64,000 nucleotides of DNA from a virus. The DNA is taken from the IMG/VR virus record IMGVR_UViG_3300027791_000007, positions 1 to 64,000 of that record, one strand, 5' to 3'. This document shows, in pieces, positions 39,018 to 48,045 of this stretch. The notes below the pieces were generated by a model. It was not told the DNA's origin. It made no database searches and saw nothing but the letters and a program-made list of their open reading frames with translations. The position numbers were made by a program, and so were the translations under genes. Each line of letters starts with the position of its first letter. The stretch's first letter is position 1.

Positions 39018-39170
39018 ATGAACTTCTCGTTGATGCAACATCATCAATATAGTTTGAGTGAATTAGAAGATATGATACCTTGGGAAAGGGATATATATAC
39101 TGGATTACTTGCAGAATACATTAAAAAAGAAAATGAAAGAGTAGAGAGAGAAAACAATAAGAATAAATAG
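39018..39170 (+). CDS. gp51: baseplate hub assembly chaperone gp51 (probably expressed as a gp26-gp51 frameshift fusion)
   Basis: Not in the track: (SHETLENYYK)MNFSLMQHHQYSLSELEDMIPWERDIYTGLL; homology extends upstream of the first ATG. Confidence 0.88.
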   Translation: MNFSLMQHHQYSLSELEDMIPWERDIYTGLLAEYIKKENERVERENNKNK

Positions 39171-39212
39171 ATGTAAAGGAAATACTTATGTTAATTAAAT
39201 TAGTAGGGGGAA

Positions 39213-39332
39213 ATGATGAAGACCCCTTTAGTATCAGAAGTAAGGAAATGGGTGTTTAGGGCATATATTGTTTGGAGTATATGTGCTGATATCGCCTTAC
39301 TTAGCGGCCTAATTTATTTGATTGTATTTTAA
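39213..39332 (+). CDS. small membrane peptide (39 aa)
   Basis: AGGGGG RBS; MMKTPLVSEVRKWVFRAYIVWSICADIALLSGLIYLIVF. Confidence 0.55.
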   Translation: MMKTPLVSEVRKWVFRAYIVWSICADIALLSGLIYLIVF

Positions 39333-39347
39333 CGAGAGGAAGAATAA

Positions 39348-39677
39348 ATGGCAGAAGAAATTAAAAAGGCTGGATTCCATCCAGCAGATAGTAACGGTGA
39401 TGGCAATGTTAGTCCAGATGAACATCAGATGTATCTGGAATTTAAAAGAAAAGAATTAGAGGATGTAGATGCGAGGCGTGATGCAATGAGATATATGACA
39501 TGGTTTGCTCTAATGGGTATGTTATTCTATCCATCAGGCATTTTGATTACATCACTGTTAGGACAAGAAGTAGCTGCAAAGTTGATTGCTAATATTGCAC
39601 CTACATATTTTGTTGCAATCTCAGCATTAGTTGCTGCTTATTTTGGTGCAAATGCATACGCTGATAAAAAGAAATAG
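39348..39677 (+). CDS. 2-TM membrane protein with EF-hand-like motif (holin-like)
   Basis: DSNGDGNVSPDE; two TM helices; basic C-terminus. Confidence 0.65.
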   Translation: MAEEIKKAGFHPADSNGDGNVSPDEHQMYLEFKRKELEDVDARRDAMRYMTWFALMGMLFYPSGILITSLLGQEVAAKLIANIAPTYFVAISALVAAYFGANAYADKKK

Positions 39678-39686
39678 GAAAAGTAA

Positions 39687-39899
39687 ATGACTCAAGAGAC
39701 AGAACGAACTGCTATAGAGTTTAGTGAAGATGGTAAAGTAGAACAAATTATTGTTGATCCTGCTGGTAAGGGTGATGTTCAAGCAGGTATTGAATTTATA
39801 TATCACATGAGAGAACACATATTAGATGTAGGTGTAGCAACAGCATACTTATTTGGTTGTTATGCATTGTATCTATGGTTAAAGAAGGTAATTAAGTAA
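39687..39899 (+). CDS. small membrane protein
   Basis: C-terminal TM helix, coupled to the next gene. Confidence 0.6.
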   Translation: MTQETERTAIEFSEDGKVEQIIVDPAGKGDVQAGIEFIYHMREHILDVGVATAYLFGCYALYLWLKKVIK

Positions 39900-41800
39900 T
39901 GGCTGATAAATTCGACAGAGATATAATTAATGCCCTAAAAGCAAACAATGCAAAACTTGCTGAATCAATTGAATCAGATAAGAAGAAAGCATTAGATGAC
40001 AAAGTTTACAGTGCTGATCAAGTTGCAGAATTGAGGAAACTCTCAAAGGTTTCTGGCACCGCTGCAAAAGGTGTATCTAAAGAAGCAAGAGCAGCTGCAG
40101 ATAGGGATATCAAAGTCTTAGACAATCAGGCAAAACTCTTAGGTATATCAGCAGAAGAACTTGCAGGCAGACAAGCAGAAAAATCAGATATTGAAGCACA
40201 AAAAGTTGCACTACAAGAAATGAAAGATGCGATAACAAAAGCTGGTGGTAATGCAGAAGAGAATATTGCACTACAAAGAGATGCAGCTGGTATTGCACGA
40301 CAAGAAGCAAGATTAGAAAAAAAGAATAAAATGGGTATCGCTGGTAGAATGAAAGAAGAAGCGAAATCTAGAGCAGCAAATATGGCTGCAACATTTAAAT
40401 CATTAGCGAGTTTAGAAGGTATCAAAAATGGATTAAAAGGTTTAGGTGGTGGTGTTGTAGATGTGGCAAAGAGTGGTGCTGGTGGATTAATTGGTATGAT
40501 TAAGAAAGGTGCTTTAGCACTCTTACTTCCAGCAATCTTTGCATTTGTTAATAGTAAATACTTCGACCAACTAAAAACCTTTTTAATAAACAAAGTAATA
40601 CCAGCAGTTATGGCACTTGTTAAGGTATTCAAAGAAGATATTTTTCCAGTAATTATGAAAATAGTAGATTTCTTTGTAAAAGAGATATACCCAATTATTG
40701 AAGATGTATTCCTTAAACAGTGGGCTAATATTAAAAAGGTATTCAGTGGAATTGGTGATGCATTTAAACTATTTCAAGAGGGTGATATTCTTGGTGGTAT
40801 CACAAAACTATTTGGTTCAATTGGAACATTCCTAATAGATACCTTAGATAATGCTGTCACTGGTATATTTAATGTAATTGGTAAGATATTTGGATTTGAG
40901 GGAACTGATTCTATAGGTGGATCTATCAGTAAATTTTTTAGTGACATATACGGTAATATCACTGGGTTCATATCCAAAACTTGGAATGGTGTAAAAGACG
41001 GCGCAAAAAATGTATTTAAGAGTGTCACTGGTGTTTTTTCATCAGCGTTTAATTTTGCAAAAGATAAGGTAACTGCTGGTTGGAATGGAATTACTAGTTT
41101 TGTTAGTGATAAGTTTGCAAATATCATAGGTTTTTTTAAGGATCTGTTTACATTCAAACCAGGCGATACTTTTGCCACTAAGTTTTTAGATATAATCCTA
41201 CTACCTTATAATCTTGCAATAAACTTCTTTAGAGATATATTTGGTTTTGGTAAAGATGAACAAGGTAAAACAACACCATTTAGTCTGGGTAAGTATATTA
41301 TGAGTGTTGTTGATGATGCTATAGATTTTGTAAAAGGTTTATTTGACTTTAAAGTTCCTAGTATGGGTAAAATAGCTGGTGATGCTGGTAATATGATAGC
41401 TAATCTTCTAAAGTCTATTCTACCACCCCCAGATTTCTTATCTTTTGATTTACCATCTATGACTTTATTTGGTAAAAAGTTTGGTGGTGGTGAAGTGAAC
41501 CTTAACCCTATACCAGATGCAGTTTATAAGTTTGCTGGATTAGATCCAGCAACAGGCTTAGATTTAGTTAATAATGCAAATTCTGTTGAGGCAGGATCAA
41601 TTGATCCAGTTGCAGAGGCAGAAAAGAAAAAGATGATTACTGGTTCAGAACAAATGTCTAATCCAAGAGGTGGTACAACAAACACCACAGTAATTAGGGA
41701 TGAGAGAAAAACTATTGATAATGCGAATAAATCCACAACCTACCAAGGGCAGTCGTTAATGCATAACAACAATGCCCCTGGCTTTGATGGTGTATTTTAG
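39899..41800 (+). CDS. tape-measure-like tail protein (gp29 position)
   Basis: Coiled-coil N-terminus, G/F/W-rich amphipathic 11-residue periodicity (WNGV/WNGI); downstream of gp26/gp51. Confidence 0.7.
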   Translation: MADKFDRDIINALKANNAKLAESIESDKKKALDDKVYSADQVAELRKLSKVSGTAAKGVSKEARAAADRDIKVLDNQAKLLGISAEELAGRQAEKSDIEAQKVALQEMKDAITKAGGNAEENIALQRDAAGIARQEARLEKKNKMGIAGRMKEEAKSRAANMAATFKSLASLEGIKNGLKGLGGGVVDVAKSGAGGLIGMIKKGALALLLPAIFAFVNSKYFDQLKTFLINKVIPAVMALVKVFKEDIFPVIMKIVDFFVKEIYPIIEDVFLKQWANIKKVFSGIGDAFKLFQEGDILGGITKLFGSIGTFLIDTLDNAVTGIFNVIGKIFGFEGTDSIGGSISKFFSDIYGNITGFISKTWNGVKDGAKNVFKSVTGVFSSAFNFAKDKVTAGWNGITSFVSDKFANIIGFFKDLFTFKPGDTFATKFLDIILLPYNLAINFFRDIFGFGKDEQGKTTPFSLGKYIMSVVDDAIDFVKGLFDFKVPSMGKIAGDAGNMIANLLKSILPPPDFLSFDLPSMTLFGKKFGGGEVNLNPIPDAVYKFAGLDPATGLDLVNNANSVEAGSIDPVAEAEKKKMITGSEQMSNPRGGTTNTTVIRDERKTIDNANKSTTYQGQSLMHNNNAPGFDGVF

Positions 41801-42675
41801 TTACTTGCCAACTTCTCAAAGTATGACATAGTATCGTCATCTTCTTCACTGACTTGTACTGGTGCTGATACTTCTGTAGTATCAACAATCGGTGCAATTG
41901 GGTCATCCATAATGGCTTCTGCTGTTTTAGCAACTACCGTTCCAGACAATACAATATCTAGACGAGTTTTAAGTTCGTCATAAGACTTGAAGTTAGTAGG
42001 AGCAAGAAAACTCTGTAAGTCATGTTGACTAGAAAAGATTTCTTCCAACTTATCATCTTCTGCAAGTTTAGTTGGTTCAGCAAACTCTGACTTATCATAG
42101 TTCCAGTAACCGTCTACCTTACGAATCTTTAATTTAAAGTCTGCACCTTCATCCAAATCAAAAGCATTTAAAGGTTTCTCATCTTCAAATGCTGGTGTTG
42201 CAGCTTCGGAAATCTTATCCCAAATCTTCTTACCATATCTGAACAAGAAAACTTTACCTTCGTTCTCTGGATGTTTAGGGTCACTTACCACATAGATGTT
42301 TGAGTAATAAGATAATTTCCTCTTTTGTTTACGGGCAATTTCCTTATCGGACTCTACACCACTATTCCACAATGCAGTATTGTGTTCTGACACTGGGTCT
42401 TTACCACCAGGCAAAGTAGTAAGAGAGTTCTCAATAAACCACTGTCCAGTTGGCCCTTGGAAAGCATGTGAATATAACTTCACCCATGATTTCTCAATTT
42501 GTGCCGCAGGCAAGAAACGAATAACTGCATAACCATTACCAGTTTTATCCAACTCTGGTTTCCACATTCTTTCGTCTACATATGATTTTTTTTGAACTTG
42601 TGGTTCATCAGCTTCCGCCATGGCACCAAGTAATTTGTCCAATGATTTGGACTTTCTATACTCTTCTAAAGACAT
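41797..42675 (-). CDS. gp32: single-stranded DNA-binding protein gp32
   Basis: DERMWKPELDKTGNGYAVIRFLP, HAFQGPTGQWFIENSLTT, YGKKIWDKI, acidic tail MSYFEKLA. Confidence 0.96.
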   Translation of the reverse strand: MSLEEYRKSKSLDKLLGAMAEADEPQVQKKSYVDERMWKPELDKTGNGYAVIRFLPAAQIEKSWVKLYSHAFQGPTGQWFIENSLTTLPGGKDPVSEHNTALWNSGVESDKEIARKQKRKLSYYSNIYVVSDPKHPENEGKVFLFRYGKKIWDKISEAATPAFEDEKPLNAFDLDEGADFKLKIRKVDGYWNYDKSEFAEPTKLAEDDKLEEIFSSQHDLQSFLAPTNFKSYDELKTRLDIVLSGTVVAKTAEAIMDDPIAPIVDTTEVSAPVQVSEEDDDTMSYFEKLASN

Positions 42676-43439
42676 TATAATACTCCTTTTTCGTATGTTT
42701 CGTATGTCATTGTTTTCTGATTTACGCCTAGAGTTTCATCCTTATCACCAATCTGAATAAACATGACGTTAGGAAATTCCTTGACTATCGTGTTAAACTG
42801 ATTGTTCCAAATTATAGGATTGAAACCTTTGGCACTTTCGGATACATAATTCTTTGTACCCTTATACATGTTATTTATAGGTTTGTCAAACTCATTTCCG
42901 TCAAACCCTACCATGTATAATTCTTTAGCACCTTGTTGACATGCAAGGTGAATAGCAGTATTTCCAGTAGACCATCCTTTTGGATACCCTATGTCATTTA
43001 CCATATCTTCACCTAAATGTGTTATAAACAAGCCCACATTATAAGACATCTTGATTCTTAGATCATTTTCGTCTGCATGTGGATTTTGTGCCATAATCTC
43101 TTTTATGTTTTCTTCTACTGATTCTTTTGTTTTACCTTGAACGACACACCCCCTTTGTTCAGGCATTTCTGTTGTTTGATGTACTCCACCATCACCCCAC
43201 CCCATAATCAAGGATTCATAACCAAACTCTGGTGGTAGTATATCCCAATCTGCAAAGTGGCATTTATTGTTCTTTACATAACCACTTTCATATATCTCTT
43301 GTTGCATATTATAGTCTACTGACACTAAATTGTCAACAGTAAAATCACGATAAATTGCATTACACCCCCAAGTGGTTGTCCACTCGTTGTATCTTACTTC
43401 TCTTCTTGATTCACCGTTACCGTAAACTATGTGTTTCAT
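42675..43439 (-). CDS. hypothetical protein, Rossmann-like (MptE/DUF115 or glycosyltransferase-like)
   Basis: VYGNGESR, WGCNAIYRD, WSTGNTAIHLA, YMVGFD, NNMYKGT.NY. Confidence 0.6.
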   Translation of the reverse strand: MKHIVYGNGESRREVRYNEWTTTWGCNAIYRDFTVDNLVSVDYNMQQEIYESGYVKNNKCHFADWDILPPEFGYESLIMGWGDGGVHQTTEMPEQRGCVVQGKTKESVEENIKEIMAQNPHADENDLRIKMSYNVGLFITHLGEDMVNDIGYPKGWSTGNTAIHLACQQGAKELYMVGFDGNEFDKPINNMYKGTKNYVSESAKGFNPIIWNNQFNTIVKEFPNVMFIQIGDKDETLGVNQKTMTYETYEKGVL

Positions 43440-44140
43440 TTAGACATCTTTCTGGCAATAGCACTATCTGATGTACTACCTTGTATTTGGTACTCTGATG
43501 TTTCGTTGTTAAAGAATCTCTCTTCCTTTTCAAACTTTAGTTTGTAATGATCTCTATCAGATAAGTTTGCAAGTATATTAAATGCAAGACTTACTCTTTT
43601 ATGATCTGTAGTATTCTTTCCAAATCCATGATACAAATATGAATTAAACATAATCAATGAACCTTTGGTACATGGAAAAGACAATTGATTTGTAAAGTTT
43701 GGATTTGCTCTATTGTAATGTTTTCTCAAAGACATAAATGGGTCGGTATTGAAAGCAACCTTTTCAAAGTTTAGTGGTGGTTGATTAGGATGACTGTCAA
43801 AATAATACACACCACTGATTATAGAATTACCGTGGTTGTGCATATTTTGTGAACTGCCTGGATGTGCTTCGTTAATCCAACTTTCATGTATCCAAAATTC
43901 ATCATATGCAATAGTCATTACGTTATCTAAGTAATCTTTTACACATGATTCAAACCATGTCTTTAATTCGTTCATTTCTGGACGATTTACTATGTTAGGG
44001 AGTTCATCACCAAACTGTGTTGTGTTTGGATTGTTACCACCTTGACCAGTAAACTTAAAGTCACTCTTGTAAACAGGCGGATTAGGATTATTGTAAATCT
44101 GAATCACACCCATTGGAAATATTGGAATACCGTTATCCAT
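43436..44140 (-). CDS. putative 2OG-Fe(II) oxygenase (TIGR02466-like)
   Basis: SWIN...HNHGNSIISGVYY...LIMFNSYLYHG...RVSLAFN. Confidence 0.85.
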   Translation of the reverse strand: MDNGIPIFPMGVIQIYNNPNPPVYKSDFKFTGQGGNNPNTTQFGDELPNIVNRPEMNELKTWFESCVKDYLDNVMTIAYDEFWIHESWINEAHPGSSQNMHNHGNSIISGVYYFDSHPNQPPLNFEKVAFNTDPFMSLRKHYNRANPNFTNQLSFPCTKGSLIMFNSYLYHGFGKNTTDHKRVSLAFNILANLSDRDHYKLKFEKEERFFNNETSEYQIQGSTSDSAIARKMSK

Positions 44141-44326
44141 CTACTTCTCCATCTTAGATATATATTTGTCTTTTATAATCGAAAATGGAGTCATTATATA
44201 TTTGTCTTTTAGATAAGCATCGACATCCATATCTTTCTTATTAGCACGTTTAGTTATATATGCTTTACGACCTTCACTTAGTGTTTCATAATCTTTTGAA
44301 AGGTCTTTTGAATAATTTAGATTCAT
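44141..44326 (-). CDS. hypothetical protein
   Basis: Coupled 61 aa ORF. Confidence 0.55.
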   Translation of the reverse strand: MNLNYSKDLSKDYETLSEGRKAYITKRANKKDMDVDAYLKDKYIMTPFSIIKDKYISKMEK

Positions 44327-44601
44327 TATATTACTATTCCACTTACTACTTCTGTATATGCTTTATTTATATCTGGATTAGATAATGTAACTAACACTAT
44401 ACCACCAGCACGAAAGATAGCACTCTTAGTGTTCTCTTCGCCTGTCATACAAACACCCCTTGCAAATCCCATTTTACCTTCTGGTGTATTTACAATCATC
44501 TTAGGATTATCAAGATGAACGCCTGTTTCATCATTGATATTCAATCGACCAACAAACTCACCGGCATTGGTCAATACTGTTACTAGATCACCTTTTTTCA
44601 T
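44326..44601 (-). CDS. small beta-barrel (Sm-like) hypothetical protein
   Basis: GDLVTV...GEFVGRL...L.NP.MI; C-terminal SGIVI. Confidence 0.65.
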   Translation of the reverse strand: MKKGDLVTVLTNAGEFVGRLNINDETGVHLDNPKMIVNTPEGKMGFARGVCMTGEENTKSAIFRAGGIVLVTLSNPDINKAYTEVVSGIVI

Positions 44602-44602
44602 A

Positions 44603-44770
44603 TTATTTCCTCTTAGTTGGATATGGTTTACGAACAGAGAGTTCAGAGAGCCTCTCCACTAATTCTTTATTTTTAACAACCAATTCAGCGTTGTTAAATT
44701 CCAAGTTTTTAACACGGGCTCGGAGACCGTCACACCTTGCTTCAAAGAAACCTTCACTTGATTTTGACAT
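44603..44770 (-). CDS. small coiled-coil protein (55 aa)
   Basis: Not in the track: MSKSSEGFFEARCDGLRARVKNLEFNNAELVVKNKELVERL...; AAGGA RBS and upstream TTGACA promoter. Confidence 0.6.
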   Translation of the reverse strand: MSKSSEGFFEARCDGLRARVKNLEFNNAELVVKNKELVERLSELSVRKPYPTKRK

Positions 44771-44842
44771 AATTTAATCCTTCAATGTCTGTTTTAGTTT
44801 TAATATACTTATATTACCACAAAAGTTACCCTTTGTCAACAC

Positions 44843-46036
44843 TTAATTTAATATTTTGTAATATTTTTCCCACTCTGGTACATGATCTAATAGACAAGTT
44901 CCTCTTGCTTTGTCTCTAGATTTAACGTGGCTCATGAGTGCGATTGTACCGTTGTGATCCCACTCAGCCTGTTCTAAAAATCTAATTACTTTTTTTACTT
45001 CATCGTGCTTTCCATTTTGATATAGTGTATCCAGATAACAATCTCTTACCTCTGGTGGTATTGATTCAATTCTGTATACATTGTTAACTACTGGACTAAA
45101 ATTGATATAATGAAACTCTTCACACAACTGATGAACCTTTCCAGCATTTAGTGCATTTATAGTTGCGGCCATGTATGTCTGAATATGTGGAGATTTTTGT
45201 AGTTTCTTTATGTTAACATTTACTACATCCCAATCTGAAAGGTATCTAATATAATTATTAAAGTCACCTACACCATCAACTGAAACATTCACTATAACTC
45301 TACGAAACCTTTTTGTCTCCTCTATAAACCTATCTACATTCTGTGTACCATTTGTGATGACACGAACTATCTTTCTATCAGAAACTACAGACAATATATC
45401 ATAGATATTATTACCTATGAGTGGTTCGCCACCAGTAAACTTAATCTCTTCTGCATTTTCAATTATATGTTTCAAATCTTTATCAAACTGTGGATTAATC
45501 TTTGCTCGTTTAACCCTCTTTTTAGTTTCTCCTAGTTCAATTGCCTCTTTATTAAATTGAGATGAATTACCAGATGAACAAAAGTTACACCGTAAGTTAC
45601 ATATATTTCCTCTTACACCATTCACAATAGCAGTATGCCAAAATGTAGGTTTAGAATCTGTCTCAATTATTTTTTCTAATTCTTCTTTCTTATGGGCAAA
45701 TTCATTTTGATCATTAAACCTAGATAGGTAAAACTGTCTGTGAGAGCGAGAACCAGCTTTTTCTTGTTTCTTACACACTCCACAAATATCGTTAATAAAT
45801 TCTTTATCATCATTATTCTTTAGTGCTGATCTCCATCTTACGTTTTGTGGGGCATTATAGTAGTCATCAAAAGTATCTCTAGAGGAATTAAAGGTTCTAA
45901 GATTGTACTTATCTTGCATATCTTTTTTATTAACAGCAGTCGTAGCACAACAACCTCGTATATCTCCAGGCGCCGAAAACATCAAATTAGTAAACGGTTC
46001 TGGACATATCCAATCGTATTCCTCTAGTTTCTTCAT
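44843..46036 (-). CDS. radical SAM protein with N-terminal twitch domain
   Basis: WICPEPF...GCC...CGVC; CNLRCNFC; FTGGEPL; TNGT; SVDG. Confidence 0.9.
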   Translation of the reverse strand: MKKLEEYDWICPEPFTNLMFSAPGDIRGCCATTAVNKKDMQDKYNLRTFNSSRDTFDDYYNAPQNVRWRSALKNNDDKEFINDICGVCKKQEKAGSRSHRQFYLSRFNDQNEFAHKKEELEKIIETDSKPTFWHTAIVNGVRGNICNLRCNFCSSGNSSQFNKEAIELGETKKRVKRAKINPQFDKDLKHIIENAEEIKFTGGEPLIGNNIYDILSVVSDRKIVRVITNGTQNVDRFIEETKRFRRVIVNVSVDGVGDFNNYIRYLSDWDVVNVNIKKLQKSPHIQTYMAATINALNAGKVHQLCEEFHYINFSPVVNNVYRIESIPPEVRDCYLDTLYQNGKHDEVKKVIRFLEQAEWDHNGTIALMSHVKSRDKARGTCLLDHVPEWEKYYKILN

Positions 46037-46257
46037 ATGGGTAATTTTGCATGCTTTGGTAAGAAGTGTAAATCTCTTGCATTTGCTTCAATCTTCTCTT
46101 TCAATCCTTTACTAATTAAACGTCCAACTGTATCGGGCTCAATTTCATTTTTATCACAATAATCTAATACAGCATCCATGTGCGATATCTTCTTTTCTTT
46201 TGCGATTGATTCTATTTTCATTGAAAATGATTTAGAATTTTGTTTGAATTTTATCAC
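46033..46257 (-). CDS. gp33: late transcription coactivator gp33
   Basis: FSMKIE...MDAVLDYC...LKEKIEANARDLHFLPK. Confidence 0.9.
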   Translation of the reverse strand: MIKFKQNSKSFSMKIESIAKEKKISHMDAVLDYCDKNEIEPDTVGRLISKGLKEKIEANARDLHFLPKHAKLPI

Positions 46258-46277
46258 TTTAGATCCTCATAGTTAAT

Positions 46278-46470
46278 TAAATGGAGGCAGGGTTATTTTA
46301 GTTCCCCCAGGCGTCCAGCGCACCCTGCCATTGTGGAATAATACGGCCTTTTATATCGAGTCTACCTTACTTCTTCTTGGTAGTCCATCCCACGGTCGCC
46401 GATACAGTACACCATAGCTACAGATGCACATTCAAATAGTATCGCCTGCGAATCCTCGTTTTACAGAGGA
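46278..46470 (-). ncRNA. candidate structured ncRNA immediately downstream of the tmRNA
   Basis: GC-enriched intergenic region with several nested stems, some G-U supported. Confidence 0.45.
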
Positions 46471-46474
46471 AAAG

Positions 46475-46712
46475 GTGGTAGGTTTCTGTTGCTAAGTACC
46501 TACCGAACTCCGTGAGATTAAGCAGCTAGTGCATAATCCTCGATTGCAAAATTATCGTTTGCATTTGTAGTCTTGACCAATTACGGAGTCATCCGACAAT
46601 ATTCCTCGCATCTATCCTTGCCTGTCGATCCTATTTCACCCCCATAGATTTTGGTGGAGGTGATGGGTACTGCCCCCATGTCCAGTTCAATCTTCAATTT
46701 GTATCAACACAT
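46475..46712 (-). ncRNA. ssrA: circularly permuted two-piece tmRNA, alphaproteobacterial type
   Basis: Acceptor piece ...GGGGGCAGTACCCATCACCTCCACCA (CCA at 46654-46652) precedes the coding piece 5' GGGGGTGAAATAGGATCGAC (46643). G3-U70 pair present. Tag ANDNFAIEDYALAA-stop at 46562-46518. Outer ends approximate. Confidence 0.93.
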
Positions 46713-46719
46713 TGTATTA

Positions 46720-46727
46720 TATTTATA
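46720..46727 (-). promoter_or_regulatory. late promoter TATAAATA driving the tmRNA
   Basis: Exact consensus directly upstream of the acceptor piece; TTGACA also present at 46745-46750. Confidence 0.7.
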
Positions 46728-46733
46728 CCACAC

Positions 46734-47168
46734 TTAGATACCATTGTCAAGTAAAACTTCTACTTTTGTCTTACTATTTTTTGGTATATGCATTTCCATA
46801 CCCTTACCAGACCCCAAAAGACACGCCATTCCAGTTGTGTAATGTAATTCAATCAGAGTAAATCTACTAGTTTGAGGATTCATTGACCACATAATCTGTA
46901 GAGGTAGAGTTCCACCTTCTCTTGTTATTAAAAATGCATCACCACTAACAAATGGTATTTCACCCAATTCATTTCGTAACCAAGAAACCATTGCATTTAT
47001 TGGTTTACATGTCATTGGCCTCATTATAACAAATTCTGATGGTACTTCTGGTACTATCTCTTTTTTTTCTTCCATATCACAACACGGAGGTTCTTGATTC
47101 GGTTCAATTGCAAATACAGTAGTAGTTAAAGCGATACCGATAAGAACACTAAGCAGTAAGTTTTTCAC
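46734..47168 (-). CDS. hypothetical exported protein
   Basis: Signal peptide; P.TC...GE.P...N..T..FTLIE...AC.LG.G pattern. Confidence 0.65.
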   Translation of the reverse strand: MKNLLLSVLIGIALTTTVFAIEPNQEPPCCDMEEKKEIVPEVPSEFVIMRPMTCKPINAMVSWLRNELGEIPFVSGDAFLITREGGTLPLQIMWSMNPQTSRFTLIELHYTTGMACLLGSGKGMEMHIPKNSKTKVEVLLDNGI

Positions 47169-47832
47169 TGTTCTGTTCCTTTGTTCTAAAGACGCTGACT
47201 GCTTCTATTAACAAAGGCAAGTAATCCGTTTTGTCTTTGATAAACTCTTGAACAGTACCATCTTCTGTTACAACAAGTATAACCACTTGACTAATAGGTT
47301 GACTTGTTCGTTCTTCAAACATCTCTGCATATGCAGATCCTTGAATGTAGTAGTTTTCGTTCCAATCATCACTACGTTCTCTTTTTGATGTCTTGAAATC
47401 AATAATAGATAAGACTCCATTGTATTCTGCAATACAATCTACTCTACCGGCTACTTTATATTTATCAGAATAGAGTCCACACTCTTGTGATCTAATATTA
47501 TCAATTTTGCATAACAGTTGTGCAGATAATTCTTTAAATAAACAATATGGAAGAAAATCTTTTTTATGTTTATCTTCATCAAAGTTATTGTTTAAATAAT
47601 CCTCACACATCTGATGAACTTTTGTACCACGACTAGCAGCAGTTCGCATAACATGATTAGCAACATCGTTACCAACCCTCTTACGCCATTCAAATAGACC
47701 TTCTGCTTTTCGTCCATTAAGGACAGTGGTGATAGATGGGTACTTATTGCCCTCTGGTGTAAGATAGAATCTCTTACCATTAATATTTTTCGTTGTAACT
47801 TCTGGTAATACTACCGTTTCATGATTAAACAT
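47149..47832 (-). CDS. PD-(D/E)XK exonuclease
   Basis: YPSITTVL, RGTKVH, AGRVDCIAEY, IIDFKTS, YYIQ..AYA. Confidence 0.9.
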   Translation of the reverse strand: MFNHETVVLPEVTTKNINGKRFYLTPEGNKYPSITTVLNGRKAEGLFEWRKRVGNDVANHVMRTAASRGTKVHQMCEDYLNNNFDEDKHKKDFLPYCLFKELSAQLLCKIDNIRSQECGLYSDKYKVAGRVDCIAEYNGVLSIIDFKTSKRERSDDWNENYYIQGSAYAEMFEERTSQPISQVVILVVTEDGTVQEFIKDKTDYLPLLIEAVSVFRTKEQNSEKLTA

Positions 47833-48045
47833 TATATATCCTTCTTAATTATATAACACAGTATAACACAACATTGCCCCATTGTCAAGAGATATTATGA
47901 TTTTCTTTTACTACATACATAGTCCAATGTGGGTGTTTCTTTGATAAATGGACTGCTTCTTCTTCTAGTTTTTCTCTTGATGGACTGTAACTTTTTACCC
48001 ATGTTTTGTATGTGTTTTTTACAACCAACTTGTACTCATCATTCT

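Noticed and set aside
46351-46431. 26-aa Cys-containing ORF MCICSYGVLYRRPWDG... as a radical SAM precursor peptide
   Set aside because: No RBS, and it lies inside predicted RNA stems; an ncRNA explains the region better.
46624-46690. tRNA-Ala-like element
   Set aside because: It has no anticodon arm and its halves are in permuted order; it is the tRNA-like domain of the tmRNA. I saw no canonical tRNA gene in the window.
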